From assembly GCA_001949185.1 (NCBI GenBank), contig BDGG01000001.1, forward strand, positions 4,515,624-4,579,623: 64,000 nucleotides of DNA. Direction: 5' to 3'. Positions within the stretch are counted from its first letter, which is position 1. The number at the start of each line of letters is the position of its first letter. A model generated the notes under the pieces. That model had not been told where the DNA came from, searched no databases, and saw nothing but the letters and a program-made list of their open reading frames with translations. This stretch comes from Ramazzottius varieornatus. Taxonomy: Eukaryota > Animalia > Tardigrada. Shown piece by piece: positions 46,685-58,115 of the stretch. Both the position numbers and the translations under genes were made by a program.

Positions 46685-48973
46685 CTACAGTCCATTCAGC
46701 GAAGGCTGGATACATCCCGATCCCTTGACATCATATTGCATTAGCGAGGGCGAAAACTGACTCGTCCCAGCTTGCGATGTCATATGGTTGAAGCGCAGGG
46801 CAGAAAAGCTCCGATTGTACCAATCGAGCCCATCATCCCCTTCACCAGCAGTGTCCACTGAGGATCGCATCATGCCCATATTCCCTAGACTGTTAGTGGG
46901 CATCGAGGTGAACTGGGCGCTTCCCGCTGTGTTATACAAGGAAGGAGGATGCGCAGCTGGCATGGTTGAAGGGAAGCGGCCCATCTGACTGGCAACATGT
47001 TGTTGTTGATAGGTCATGTAGGAATGACGAGCCACGTTGGCCGTGTAGAAGTTACGCATTTGACTGGAGGCTCCCACCATGCTGCTATCCGCGGCAATGT
47101 TCATCGATTTCATCTGCTGCTTTTCTTGCTTGCGATACTTGGCTCGACGGTTTTGAAACCAGACCTGTAGCAAGGAGAAATTTCCGTCATTCAGCGAAAG
47201 AGCCACACTTCAGTTCTGACGTCAAAGAGGCGAGCTACGGGGAAATGTTAATGGTTATTGTCACCCAGTAAAACCCACTTTAGGTATTTTCACCCACTAA
47301 GCCTGTGAATTGCTTACGAATACTTTCATCCAGTAAGTTTATTGTCACCCAGTTTTTGAAACCCGTTGCCAGTGCTAGTTTCCGCTTCGCCACAGCGTTT
47401 AGGTAGAAAGAGTTACCGAATGGACAACCCAAAAAGCCAGCGAACACAGCTTTCGGTAACAACCGCGTGCCTACAGATGAAAGAGTGGTATATATCGCGA
47501 AAACCCAAACCCGTTTGATCTGAAAGTACGAGGCTTGTGCGAAGTACTTCGCTTTGCTTCTTCGCTTTGGTGGGCTGCGCCCAGCAGAAAGTTAACCTGA
47601 TGCGGAGGCTCTTTAAGACTCCCTGAAGTACCCCATAAAAGATCGTCTCTAACCATACAGTTACCAGGGTGGGTCCTTGAACCACTTTGCTGTTATCATT
47701 TTTATTCCCTGAAATTTCGAGCAAAAGATCAAACGAGTTCCAGTTCGATGCGTGTCAGTAATTTTTCTGGGTGTGCGGTACCTCATAAAGAAGTAATTTC
47801 ATTTGGTTACAGTAAATAAATGGTTTTGGACATAATTCCAGTGGGTACCAATAACTTATTTGGGTCTTACTCGGTGACAATAACCTCAGGTGTATATTGA
47901 TCAAAAACCCATACACAAGCGGATTTTTAGATTCTTGTCACAGGCCAGATTGAGGTTTCGAAGTTGGTTTTCTTTCGTTGAAACTTCAATGGCCAAATTT
48001 TTGTTCTCTCTCCAGTCGGTCCTTAGCAAAGAGGTTACTCTGTATAAACTGCGGACCATGCTACAGTATGCAGGACAAAAATCGGATGCAGTACGATCGA
48101 GTGTCACAGTATGCTATGGATCCGTGCTCACTCGCACCGGCCGCCAGATGAGGATGAGCGAAGAACCCAGTCGATCGCGCGCTGGCTTTCGAGGCTTCTG
48201 AATCGAAAAGACCGAAAAAGAACTGTCTGCATGACCGTTCCATGTTAATCTAGAACCCCTCAGTACCTTCAGTGCTCAAGATTTATAAGTATTCCATACT
48301 GCAGGGCTCGACACGCTTCCAGCACCGCTCGAGCACAGCGCATCCAATAAAGTCCGTAGAGAAACAGTAGATTCTTCCGGAGACACAAAGACTGATGATT
48401 CAACATATCTATGAGTTCTGCGCCATCTACGCATAGAAAAATAGCAAACCCTCCAGCGAACTAGAAAGTCTCAACTGCACGTCCAGTGCGCAGATTCGCA
48501 CCGGTTATATGGTACTCTGTCGAGTGGCGAACGGGATGAAATTCATTTTATCCGCAAACAAATTGCATTTTAGACAATTAATCTAATTTCAGTGGTGATT
48601 CGGTGATAGTACACCGGATTCCGAATCTGTCGTTTTCTATTACGTTTAGCTCTGATCATCGGTGCGTCCTCCCCGCTAATTTTCATTCTGTTCAAGGCAT
48701 AAAGTCCTAGACAGTTCCCCCACCACTAACCTGAATGCGAGCTTCATTCAAACGCGTCATTTTCGCCAGCTCTTCACGGTTGTAGATGTCGGGATAATGG
48801 CTTTTGGCGAAGGCCGTTTCCAGTTCTTGCAGCTGTTCCTGGGTGAAGGTAGTTCGGTGCCGTCGACGTGCAGGGGTCATGGCGCCCGGTGTGATCGATG
48901 ACACGGACGAGGAAGGCGACACTCCCGTCGTGCTCGCACTACCTCGCAGTTTCTTGAACGCTCCTTCGGAGCC
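46685..48973 (-). CDS. unc-42: Paired-like (Q50) homeobox protein of the Prop/unc-42 family; 5' exons lie further upstream and are unresolved
   Basis: Homeodomain [46 protein letters not shown]|[16 protein letters not shown], split at the classic PRD-class intron position. C-terminal [11 protein letters not shown]. Confidence 0.85.
47253..47885. mobile_element. MITE-like element with ~25-bp imperfect TIRs inside the homeobox intron
   Basis: GGTTATTGTCACCCAGTAAAACCCA versus TGGGTCTTACTCGGTGACAATAACC. Internal repeats of TCACCCA. No clear TSD. Confidence 0.65.
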
Positions 48974-49039
48974 TGAAGGAAAATTAATAATACTATTAAT
49001 AAAACTGATGAATAAACTTTACCCATTCGGGATCGAGAC

Positions 49040-49140
49040 AAAAAACTCGACAATATCGTTTTTCCAAGTGGCGCACGCTCCTAGCCACCAGCACTGAAAG
49101 CGTGCGCCATCTGGAAAAGCTTGCTTGTCATGTTTCTTGG
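49040..49140. repeat. GTGGCGCAC palindromic dispersed repeat copy (homeobox gene intron)
   Basis: AAACTCGACAATATCGTTTTTCCAAGTGGCGCACG (core at 49068), 23 nt, CGTGCGCCATCTGGAAAA. Confidence 0.85.
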
Positions 49141-52100
49141 CCGAGCTCCCATTTTGTTTTGTGCAGCCAATACTTTTCAAAAGTTTCCAGATATTGAAAG
49201 CACATAGATTAAGTTCGACAACCGATCACAATTGACTTCTATGTGTGGTCTTAGTTCTTTCATTCGTTCAATGGAGAGAATCCATTTTACTAACCTTGTT
49301 GGTTATCCACGGTGAGGCAGGCGGTACCGTAATGGTCACTGAGTTAACGATATAAAAAATTTATACGAAAGAATTAGTCGGGGTAAATTAGGTAAAACTT
49401 CCCTCAGTGGAAGGTGCCACATGTAATTGCCATGTTAAGCACTAACTCGAAAGGCAAGAGGAAGATCCGATTAGAAAGCGCATTAAGATCTTGAAGAGCT
49501 GACTGCATGCAGCTCCTCAAAATTGTAATCGCTTCGTTTGTCACAACTAATATTCATTTGCTCACTTCTGCCTTCCTCGTACACTCGCCAGCCATCGGCG
49601 ACCAATCAGCGCCATCCTGTATTCCGAAAGGAGGAAGAAAAAGGGAAGAGGAAGTACGGGTGTGCCTTTCCCTACAGTGTGAAAAGACTCCTGCTTGATA
49701 TTCCATCCTATTGACTGCCTCTGGCGCAATCATATGGTCGTGCTCCGTGTTTTGCACTGGTATTCAGCCTGTCACCGCACTTTCTTCCTCCTGAATCCTC
49801 TGGGGACTTGAGGAACAGCCGAGCATGCCTAATAGATATTCCGCATATTTTATTTTCAATTAGTGTATCTCTATATCGAGAATTGCGTCGACAATTGCTT
49901 CTGATTGCCAACAGAGGCTCCGTGCATTTGCCTTGATGCACTTGTCAGCGCTCCAGCGGGGAACCTGACAGTACATCAGGACAAGTCCCTCAAGGCTTGT
50001 ACTTTATACTCCCTTCGTCCTTCTACGTGTCATCCCCTTTTCTCTTCCAGCCTAGTGCAGGCATTTGCTGAATGTCACTGGACTGATTAGGGTGTCAAAA
50101 GGACTGCTAATACAGGAGGCGGGGCGCATTTGTATAGCTGCCACATGCTACCCCTTCTTCCAACCGTTGCCCCATCCTGCACCAGCCAAATATGTACGAG
50201 CCACAACATGCCCGTCTCGAGTGACCACAGGTTGGATGCTCGTAGTCACAACATTTCAGGCAGTTAAAAAGATGTTTCAGTTACTCTTCCGCAGCACTTT
50301 CTGTAAGAGGCCGAGCTCGTCAGTGACCTTCAGCTCCAGCCTGTGTGTACTCTACGCAATACCCGATTATCCGTTTCTAATTACACCACTACGAAGATAG
50401 GGCGAACTAACCTCAAACATGCCCAGACGCGCTTGACGAGCCTTCTGCTTGCTTCTTCGACTTCCGGTCCCTCGAGGATTCCAGAGTAAGTGCAACAGAT
50501 GGGCGTGCCGGCCAAAAGAAACGTGCCTCTGCTCTACTCGCCGGTGTGGTCGCCTTTGAATAGTTGTATATCCGCGTCAGCGCAACCAAGCTTGAAATCG
50601 AGATCTGCAAGAAACGCTTCAAGAAACTGCAAAACGTAGTGCAGTGGTAACATACAGTCATAAACTGATTACTGTTCCAACGATGCTCAGAGGAACTTTG
50701 CTGAGGACCGCTTCTCGGGAGACGTTTTGAGCTTCCAGAGTCCAGCCACATAGGGTCGACATATTGGTGTGTGCGCGTCCCGCTTCTTTCGCTGTTCGGA
50801 CCGTTCAGGGAACAATTAAAACAGAATATATGCGAAACACTCACGAAAGAATCGGCGACACTCGGAAGATCGAACCTTAAGCATAAATATGTGACATGAC
50901 AGCAAGGACGTATTGAGGTTGGCCGGAGGGGCCTCAAAGCTCAACCTTTGCACGTTCGCAATAGTTTTGTTGGAAAATCCGTAAAAATTGCAGCTCGGCA
51001 ATGTTTTTCCTAAAATTCAGTAAACTGAGTGGAGCAATTTCGTCAGATTAACTTTTAACATTGAGAAATGCGACAAAGATAAAAGATCTACTAACATTTG
51101 AGCAGAAAATGCTGAGATCAGCCAGAGAACTTCGAAAACCCGTCCTAAAAAGATTATTTTCTAGAAATTAACCCGTGTGTCCTTCAGGAAATTTCGGATT
51201 ATGAATATGAAGTTGCACATCCGCAATTTCTAAGATTCCAAAAGTTTCGCAATTGCAGAGCACTGTCGAGCTGCCAGAGCGAGAAGCCCAGTATTGATTG
51301 TCAATCAACTCAGCAGTGCTCGCTTTAGTAACTGAAGTTAAAATGAATTCGCGGGGCGGCAACCTAACGGGTACTGTTGCCGCCGAGGGAGGCTAAAAGG
51401 GGAGAAAACGGGAACTGGGATGATGGCAGCGCGTATCCCAAGTTCCCAACCATTGAATTACTCTCTGTGACTCAGAATGCAATGCTACAGCCTTATCTCC
51501 TTCTTTTGTGACCTACTTTCGCTTCTCCTCAGTCACATTCCATTCACAAGCTTATCACCACTAATGTTGTACTTTGCCCAAGTGAAGGGCAAAGTTCAGC
51601 AGAGGGGTTCAAACACAAACTTACGAACAAAACCAGCTCCGCATTTTTGGGCTTGACAGCTCGTGCCCAAAAATCCCATGTTAGTTAACATGGAGTATCA
51701 AATCGCATGCAAGGATGTATTAGTAAGCTCTGAGACCATTACGTAATAGCCTTACACTGTATCGGCGGCAACAAAACAGTTTGGACATTTGGCCGCATGG
51801 CCAACTATAATGACCCTACTTAGCGCTATTCGCAGGCCGCCTCATGTAAACCGTAAACGCATCCCACTTATACGATCAGCTGCACCAGAATGGTATCACT
51901 CTGGCTGCACAGTCTGCCAGTCTACCACTCCTCGGAAATTCCGGATCTCATAAATTCCTGCTTGTTTTCCGTCTATCTTAGGTCCGTTCATGAGGCTCTG
52001 CAAAGCAAAGATGAAAGACGGGCTTGACGGGATCCGGATACGTTAGGGATGGAAGGAAGGATCTAATTCGTTTCGGGACCGCGCGTTCTTCCCAGGTGGA

Positions 52101-54339
52101 ATGGCGTCCACTGGATCGCTAGACGAACTGATCAAAACCTACAGCAACTCTCCATTTGGCGTAAAGTCTACAAAATTCTATGGAGTACAGATGCCCGGTT
52201 ATACCGAGGAGCGACCCATCATCCTGCGAACACTTCCCAGTACGAAAGCCTTCCTGCCTGTTTGCCCTTCTGTTAGATTCAAAGAATTCTCCACGGAAGA
52301 AGAAGCGGCTGATTACTCCCAGTTTAGATGTCCCGTCATAGCTGACCACAGCTTCAAACGTGTAATAGAACCACGCTCCAAATACCCTAGTCCATCTCAG
52401 ACGGATAAAGACGCTCTGTTGCTCGCTGTATCCAGAGGGGACACCTCCACAGTAAGAGTTCAATACTTTTGTAATACAAAGCTATGACGTCATCGCTATT
52501 GCGTTTTCGGCATTGGATCGCTGTATATGTAACCGTTTGCGCATATACGGCATGCGCTAGTTGATCGAATTGTCACGTGAGTGCGATGCCTATTTTTCAA
52601 GCACCTGCATACCGTTCGTTTCGCACTTATTGAGGCTCTCATGTATGCAAGTGTTTGCAAGAATGGTTTAAGGTGCTTCTGTGAGCTTTCAGTGGATCAA
52701 GCTTGTAATGTCAAACGATTTACTAACTGTGTATTCTTTCTAGGTGCATCGGCTGGCTTGGAAGAATCCCAGATTGCTGGTAACGTCCGACGATGGACCG
52801 CAGTGCTACAAAGGCACATGGAGGCAGACCGTTCTCCATTTGGCTGTCCAAGCTCAAAACTTCCCACTCTTCTGCACCTTGATGGAAATCATCGAGAATC
52901 CGCTGTTAGCGGAGTTTACACGGCTAACCGAGTTCGAGAATGTGGAGGAACGAGGAGTAGTTATTGTCCGGAACTACTTGAATAACAGAACAAAGAAAGA
53001 AGAGTCGGTACTGGACTGTGCTGTGATTTACGGAGCCGTAGAAATCGTAGATTTCCTCACGGTTCACCCGCTCTGTGATATGAAGACGTGTAGGAGAGAT
53101 GAACTTTCATCCAAGAGCGTTGTATGCTCGAAAGGTACGAGAACAGGGATGAATAATCTCAATATGATTTTCTGATGTTTCTTCCTAGGGGGAAAAGCTG
53201 AAAGCAAAGCTGTGATATCAGAGATGCTCGAGGGACGTTGGTACATTCCGGTCTTCATTGCTGTGAATATCTTCCAGGAAGCTAGTATAGGTAGACCAGT
53301 GAGCGTGTCAGAAACTCATGAGTTATTACGGGAGGGAAAGTTAGTTGGTTTGATGGGACCAATGACGGAAAGTGTAGCGAATGAGATGTTCGACCAGCTT
53401 CAGACGACCCACCAACGTGACCTCGCCTCGACGCCGGTGCCGAATTCGCGGACGAAATCACTTTCCAAGAAGAACAAGCAGAAGCACGCCCATTATAACG
53501 GAGACGTTGTGGATGAAGCTCAACGCGACGAAGATTTGAGTGTTCGTTCTTCGGTGAAGCGAACGTCTGTACGAACGACCAGGTGGAACGAAGGAAGATG
53601 TCGGAAACTGGCGAAGAAACATGGCTTGAAGTGGCAAGAATGGTGGAGCTTCCTCCGATGTTTCATGGATCTGGCTTCGCCGAAAGGCCTGCTGAAGTTC
53701 GAGACCTTTCTTTCCTCCCAATTTTACGGTGAAATCACTGATGCAAAGTTCTTGAGAAAACTGGAGCTTCGGCTGACGGACTCGGCCGGATCGCTTGTTT
53801 GAGTGGCGCACGCTTGCGGTATTTTGACTGAAAGCGTGCGCCACATGCGGAAATGATGTGGTCGAGTTTGTTTGCCAAGCTTTTACGTATGAGACCATTA
53901 TTCATTCATATTACTTCTAGGTGGAGAAAAGCCTCAGCAAGATGGATTTGAAGATGGACCAAGTCCTGGTTTAGGGAACTTGGATCTGGTGGAAATTCTC
54001 TCGGTACACTACACTCGATCCAACCCAGCTTTGTCGAGTCTTCCTCAAGAAAGCGTGGAGCCCATGGAAGACTCTGGTGAGATCTTCTACACGCCGCCAC
54101 AATCTCCCGAACCTGTCGAAGAATCTCTGAACCACTTCTGCTCGACTTACTCGAACTTCAAGAGAGGCTTCATCGGTAAAGGAGACGTCCCGAGCGTCAT
54201 GGACCATGAAGTCTTCGAGGCTTTGAAGACGGCAGACATACCGGACGACTTCCGGTATGTGCTGGCCTGGAGGACTCTGATGCAGCGAAGATGTAACGAA
54301 GAAGAGCTGGCTGCGGCGTTCGGTCGCTTTGCTATATAG
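52101..54339 (+). CDS. ANKLE2: ANKLE2/LEM-4-like protein (divergent). Exons approx. 52101-52451, 52744-53133, 53189-53728, 53921-54339
   Basis: FYGV..RFKEFSTEEEA (caulimovirus-like domain); YPSPSQTD; WKNPRLLVTSDDGP..VLHLAV ankyrin region; YLNN; WQEWWSFLRCFMDLASPKGLLKFETFL; FYTPPQSP; FIGKGDVPSVMDHEVFEAL. Confidence 0.8.
53775..53875. repeat. GTGGCGCAC palindromic dispersed repeat copy (ANKLE2 intron)
   Basis: GACTCGGCC..GTGGCGCACGCTT (core at 53803), 22 nt, CGTGCGCCAC..GGTCGAGTTT. Confidence 0.85.
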
Positions 54340-55699
54340 GTTAGTCCTCGTTGTTCTTTTGTGGTTTAGACATTTTTTGAGCTTTATTGTTTACCATGAT
54401 TGCACTTGCCTCTTTTGTGTGGACCAACTGAAATTGTGGTCGATGTCTGCTTTGAATTTTACCTCCTGTCTGTTATTTATTTCTTAGAGTCTGCAACCCA
54501 ATAAAGCCCCATCCAACGGCAGTCAGCAGCTCGGTCAGCAGTCTTGAGTTCCAACAGGAAGGAGCCGATGGAAGACAGGAAGCGGACGAAGCTGCCCGAT
54601 GGTCCGTCAGGTGAGACTGTCGCGAATCTTTCTTGCAAAAAATGAGAAAAGGCGGTCCTTATTACAAATTGTTTTTGTGGAAACGCATATAGTTCTTTGG
54701 CGACGAGTTCAGACTGTCAATGGAAAGAAAGCTTGTTGTGATGTTTCCAGTCGATGGTCGGTGGGTCTTCGAACGAGCCAGACGAGGAGCCAGCATGAAT
54801 AGTGGATGCTCATCAGGCGCGAATTCTCTTGAAAGGCAATCAACATTCCTGGCTGGATGCGTATTGCTTAATTACCAAGCGAGCTTCGGAAGGAACTGAT
54901 CATGGCTACGTCGTGACTAAGACAGTAAGCTAAGAACATAGGGTCTCTCCACCTCACGATGTAGGACTTGGCTCGATCACCACCGCCACCATCCATCCGC
55001 GTCTTCGGCGTAGTTTAGGCGCGAAGGAAGGGCGTTACTTATGCCTGGAATCTGATATATTCTCCGAGACAGACTAATGATCAAATTTCAGCTGCCTTAC
55101 TTTTTCTTCCCGACCCATGCACGGTGGCTTCGCAGTTGGTCTTATCGCCTGACGGATACTCTATCTGATCTTCTTGTGTTTCGGCGTAGTGTTGTCGGAC
55201 AGGCAATATAACAGAGACTCGATTAGTTAAAGTGATGCAAATATCCCCAGTGTAAACATTGTTGCTTTTCTGCTTCCTAGGTTCTTCATTACCGCGACTG
55301 CTGGGTCCTCTTGTTGACTAGCTGTCTGTCGTGTTTGCCCGATTATGTGAACAAGACCTTTTAGGCTCAACCATTCACTCCCGACCCTTTTGATTTATGA
55401 CCTGCGGATTAATGGACTGCTGAGCTCATTGGACCAACCGCGGAAACCCGAGTTCTTCCTTCCCCTTTCCTCCCATCACACCTCGTCTTCCTCTAACCAC
55501 CGTAAGTACTCACTAAACATAACGTCCCTTCATGAATACCAGCATAAACTGGTAATGAACAAATGAAAAGCCGAAATGAACCATTCCAGTAGAAACCGAG
55601 GTGTTCTAGCATGGTCTGTACGGACTACTACCTGGATTTCTATTCGAAGAGCCCCTTTAGTTCTTGGTTTTTGTGGAGGGAAGTGCTGGGTTGGAGTGT

Positions 55700-57150
55700 T
55701 GCTTGCTGGCATATTGCCCATCAACAACGCGTATGGTACACCTCATTTGATGATTAGGTGATTTCTACGGAGTACCGTAAGCAGTGCTGGAAGTGCTGGG
55801 TGCTTTTAATAACGTACATTATGACAGTCGGGTGCGCGCTAGTTTGCCAAGGGATAACATAAATATTTTGTCGTTAAGTGTATTTGTTCTGGAGCCGAAT
55901 GGAACGAGGCTGATCTTTCCTTCCGTCGCTCCTTGGCTCTCATTGAATGTTTTAGAGCTGCACATGATGGCGGTGAATCCTTCCTCCATCAAGCAGCCAC
56001 AGCAGCTTAAAGACTGTAACGTGGACGTAATGGAGGTTAGAGGGAATGCCCAGGGATAAATATACATCTTAATGTTTGATTATACTGGCTGCGGCTGCAA
56101 TGACAGCCAACGTGACGAACATTTAGGCAAATCAAAACAAACCCCCATATCAGAGTACGTTGGTGCTGTGCCGGGATCAGAAAGCATCGAGAGGCTTAAG
56201 TAGGCGCTAAAAATGTCCCCATGCCTCCTTGATCCAAACCGCTCTTCAGCCTCTAACCCGAACATATTTGATCAATCTAAGCGGATTCTCTAAAATCGTA
56301 ACTCAATTTTGACTGATCACAATCTGACTAACCAAATTTCTCTTCCGTCAAAGCTTCCCGCTCATCCAATAAGTTCTCCATACTACCGTACCAGCGATCT
56401 CCCGCCACATACCTTGTTCACTTCCGGGCAGGGTTTCTTCACGGTAAGGACCTCTTTGCTTACATTCTGGTTTAGCGTAATGTCCAGCAGTCCTTTGGGA
56501 TTTTTCTGTGAAGAGTAGGGAAGGTTGATTATAGCCGGCTTTGTCCGGTCCGACGTGTAAGATGGGTTCTGCGAGTACTTCTGACTTTTGTGAGAGGACG
56601 CGGTGTTCCGGATCATTAGATGGCTCGACAACGCCGCCATGTGTGATTATTATTGGGTTTCTCAGTACTCCACATCGTTGCAAGTCAAGAGCAATGGCTT
56701 CTTGAACTGTGGGGGCAAGAATTAGGCTGACGGGGATTATTAGTGTCCGTCTCCTCACACTTAATGGGACAGATTATTGTCTAGGTTCGGCATCTTGGGG
56801 TATCTTGTCCAGCCTAACCTTACCATGGCATGAATCACACACAAAATTTTGTCAAAGTTTGAACTCTGAAATGGAACCTCGACAAATGGACTGAAAATGA
56901 TTGCTATCCCAAGTGCCGCCTCTTTTAGCTATCGTTAATTTAAAAGTGCGATACTTGAGATAATTCATTTGCCGATGTCCTAAGATTTCGGGCGCTAGTT
57001 TTCTGCGTTCGCATTGGACAGACAGGTGTTTTGTCGGAAGTTGGATGTATCAGAGAAGGTCCAACTCAGCTGTCTAACAGATAGAGTGGTTACGGGCTTC
57101 GGCACACCCATTAATTTTGTCAAGGCTTGGTAGATGAGCGTATCTAGTGT
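55700..57150 (-). pseudogene. Possible highly decayed DEAD-box RNA helicase relic
   Basis: Collinear degenerate motifs in different frames: PVSLILAPT (Ia), ITHGG, NPKGLLDI (TPGRLLD-like), LLDE, DIFSAY (SAT-like), LMEEGFTA, KLART, HLIIK*GVP. No intact ORF. Confidence 0.4.
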
Positions 57151-57863
57151 GTGGTTCTTGCAAGTGACATATCCGAGGGGATGAAGTAAAGTCCTTACAA
57201 GACATATGTGTCTCGAAATTCAACACCCGGCAATCAGGATATTTGGCCTTTAGAAAGACACAGAAGCGACCGACGCTGTTGGGCTTCTAAGCTGTCACAT
57301 TCATTTAGGCATGATCTGTTGTATCTTCCGCACTGTAATCTTTCTTGCTCATTCGGAGATCATTTTGGAACTTTGTGGTTCTGGAGAAGGGTTTATCGAG
57401 ACAGTGTTTTTTGTCTGCGTAGGTCAACAGGTTGATGTAATTCGTGCGATACGAAGGCACATTGCGCAAAGTGGACGGAGTTCTGACGTTTCAAAGTCCT
57501 CGAGAGCTTTTGCAAGATGGGCAAAGCAGCTATTTCAGGAGTACAAAGTAAACCTGAGACGATGTAAGCATGTTTAGATAATGAAGCGAAACGTCCATCA
57601 TCGTGACAAATAGCCCCAGTCATCACGTTGAGTTTCGGCGCAGCCTGACGAACGTCACTGAGGGCTCCAGCTAGGGCATCATGACGTCACAACGCCCTCT
57701 GTCGAAAACTTGGGTTATACCCCAAACATGCGCATCCTCTTTTAGTTGGTCCACTTTCGGATAAATCTTTGGTTCTTTGCCAGTCGACCGTCGATTATTT
57801 TGAATGCGATATTTAAAGGAATATTTTCAAATTTTTGGTTGCAAAGTATACTGACGTGCGGAT

Positions 57864-58115
57864 CAAGCGCGCGTCAGCCAGTCTCCTTGTGGACCCGCGG
57901 TCCATGAGATTTTCCGGCCCACAATGGTAAAAGCGAGTCTCGGTCCACGAGATTTCGTGGCAATTTAACATAAGGGTCCAGATTTATACCGGGGGTCCAG
58001 CCTAGGGGGACCCCTAGTATTAATGGGGGCCCCAGGCTGGTCCATGAGATTTTTTTCAGGCTTCCCTGGCCACATAGTCTGGTCCGTTAGATTTTCAGGC
58101 CCTGACGCGCGTTTG
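57864..58115. mobile_element. hAT-type MITE (252 bp) with 14-bp TIRs and perfect 8-bp TSD
   Basis: GTGCGGAT at 57856-57863 and 58116-58123. CAAGCGCGCGTCAG / CTGACGCGCGTTTG (13/14). Internal GGTCCATGAGATTT-like repeats. Confidence 0.85.

Noticed and set aside
50413-50937. 174-codon minus-strand ORF upstream of the homeobox exons
   Set aside because: It may contain a 5' exon of the homeobox gene, but no frame or splice path could be established and it has no domain similarity.
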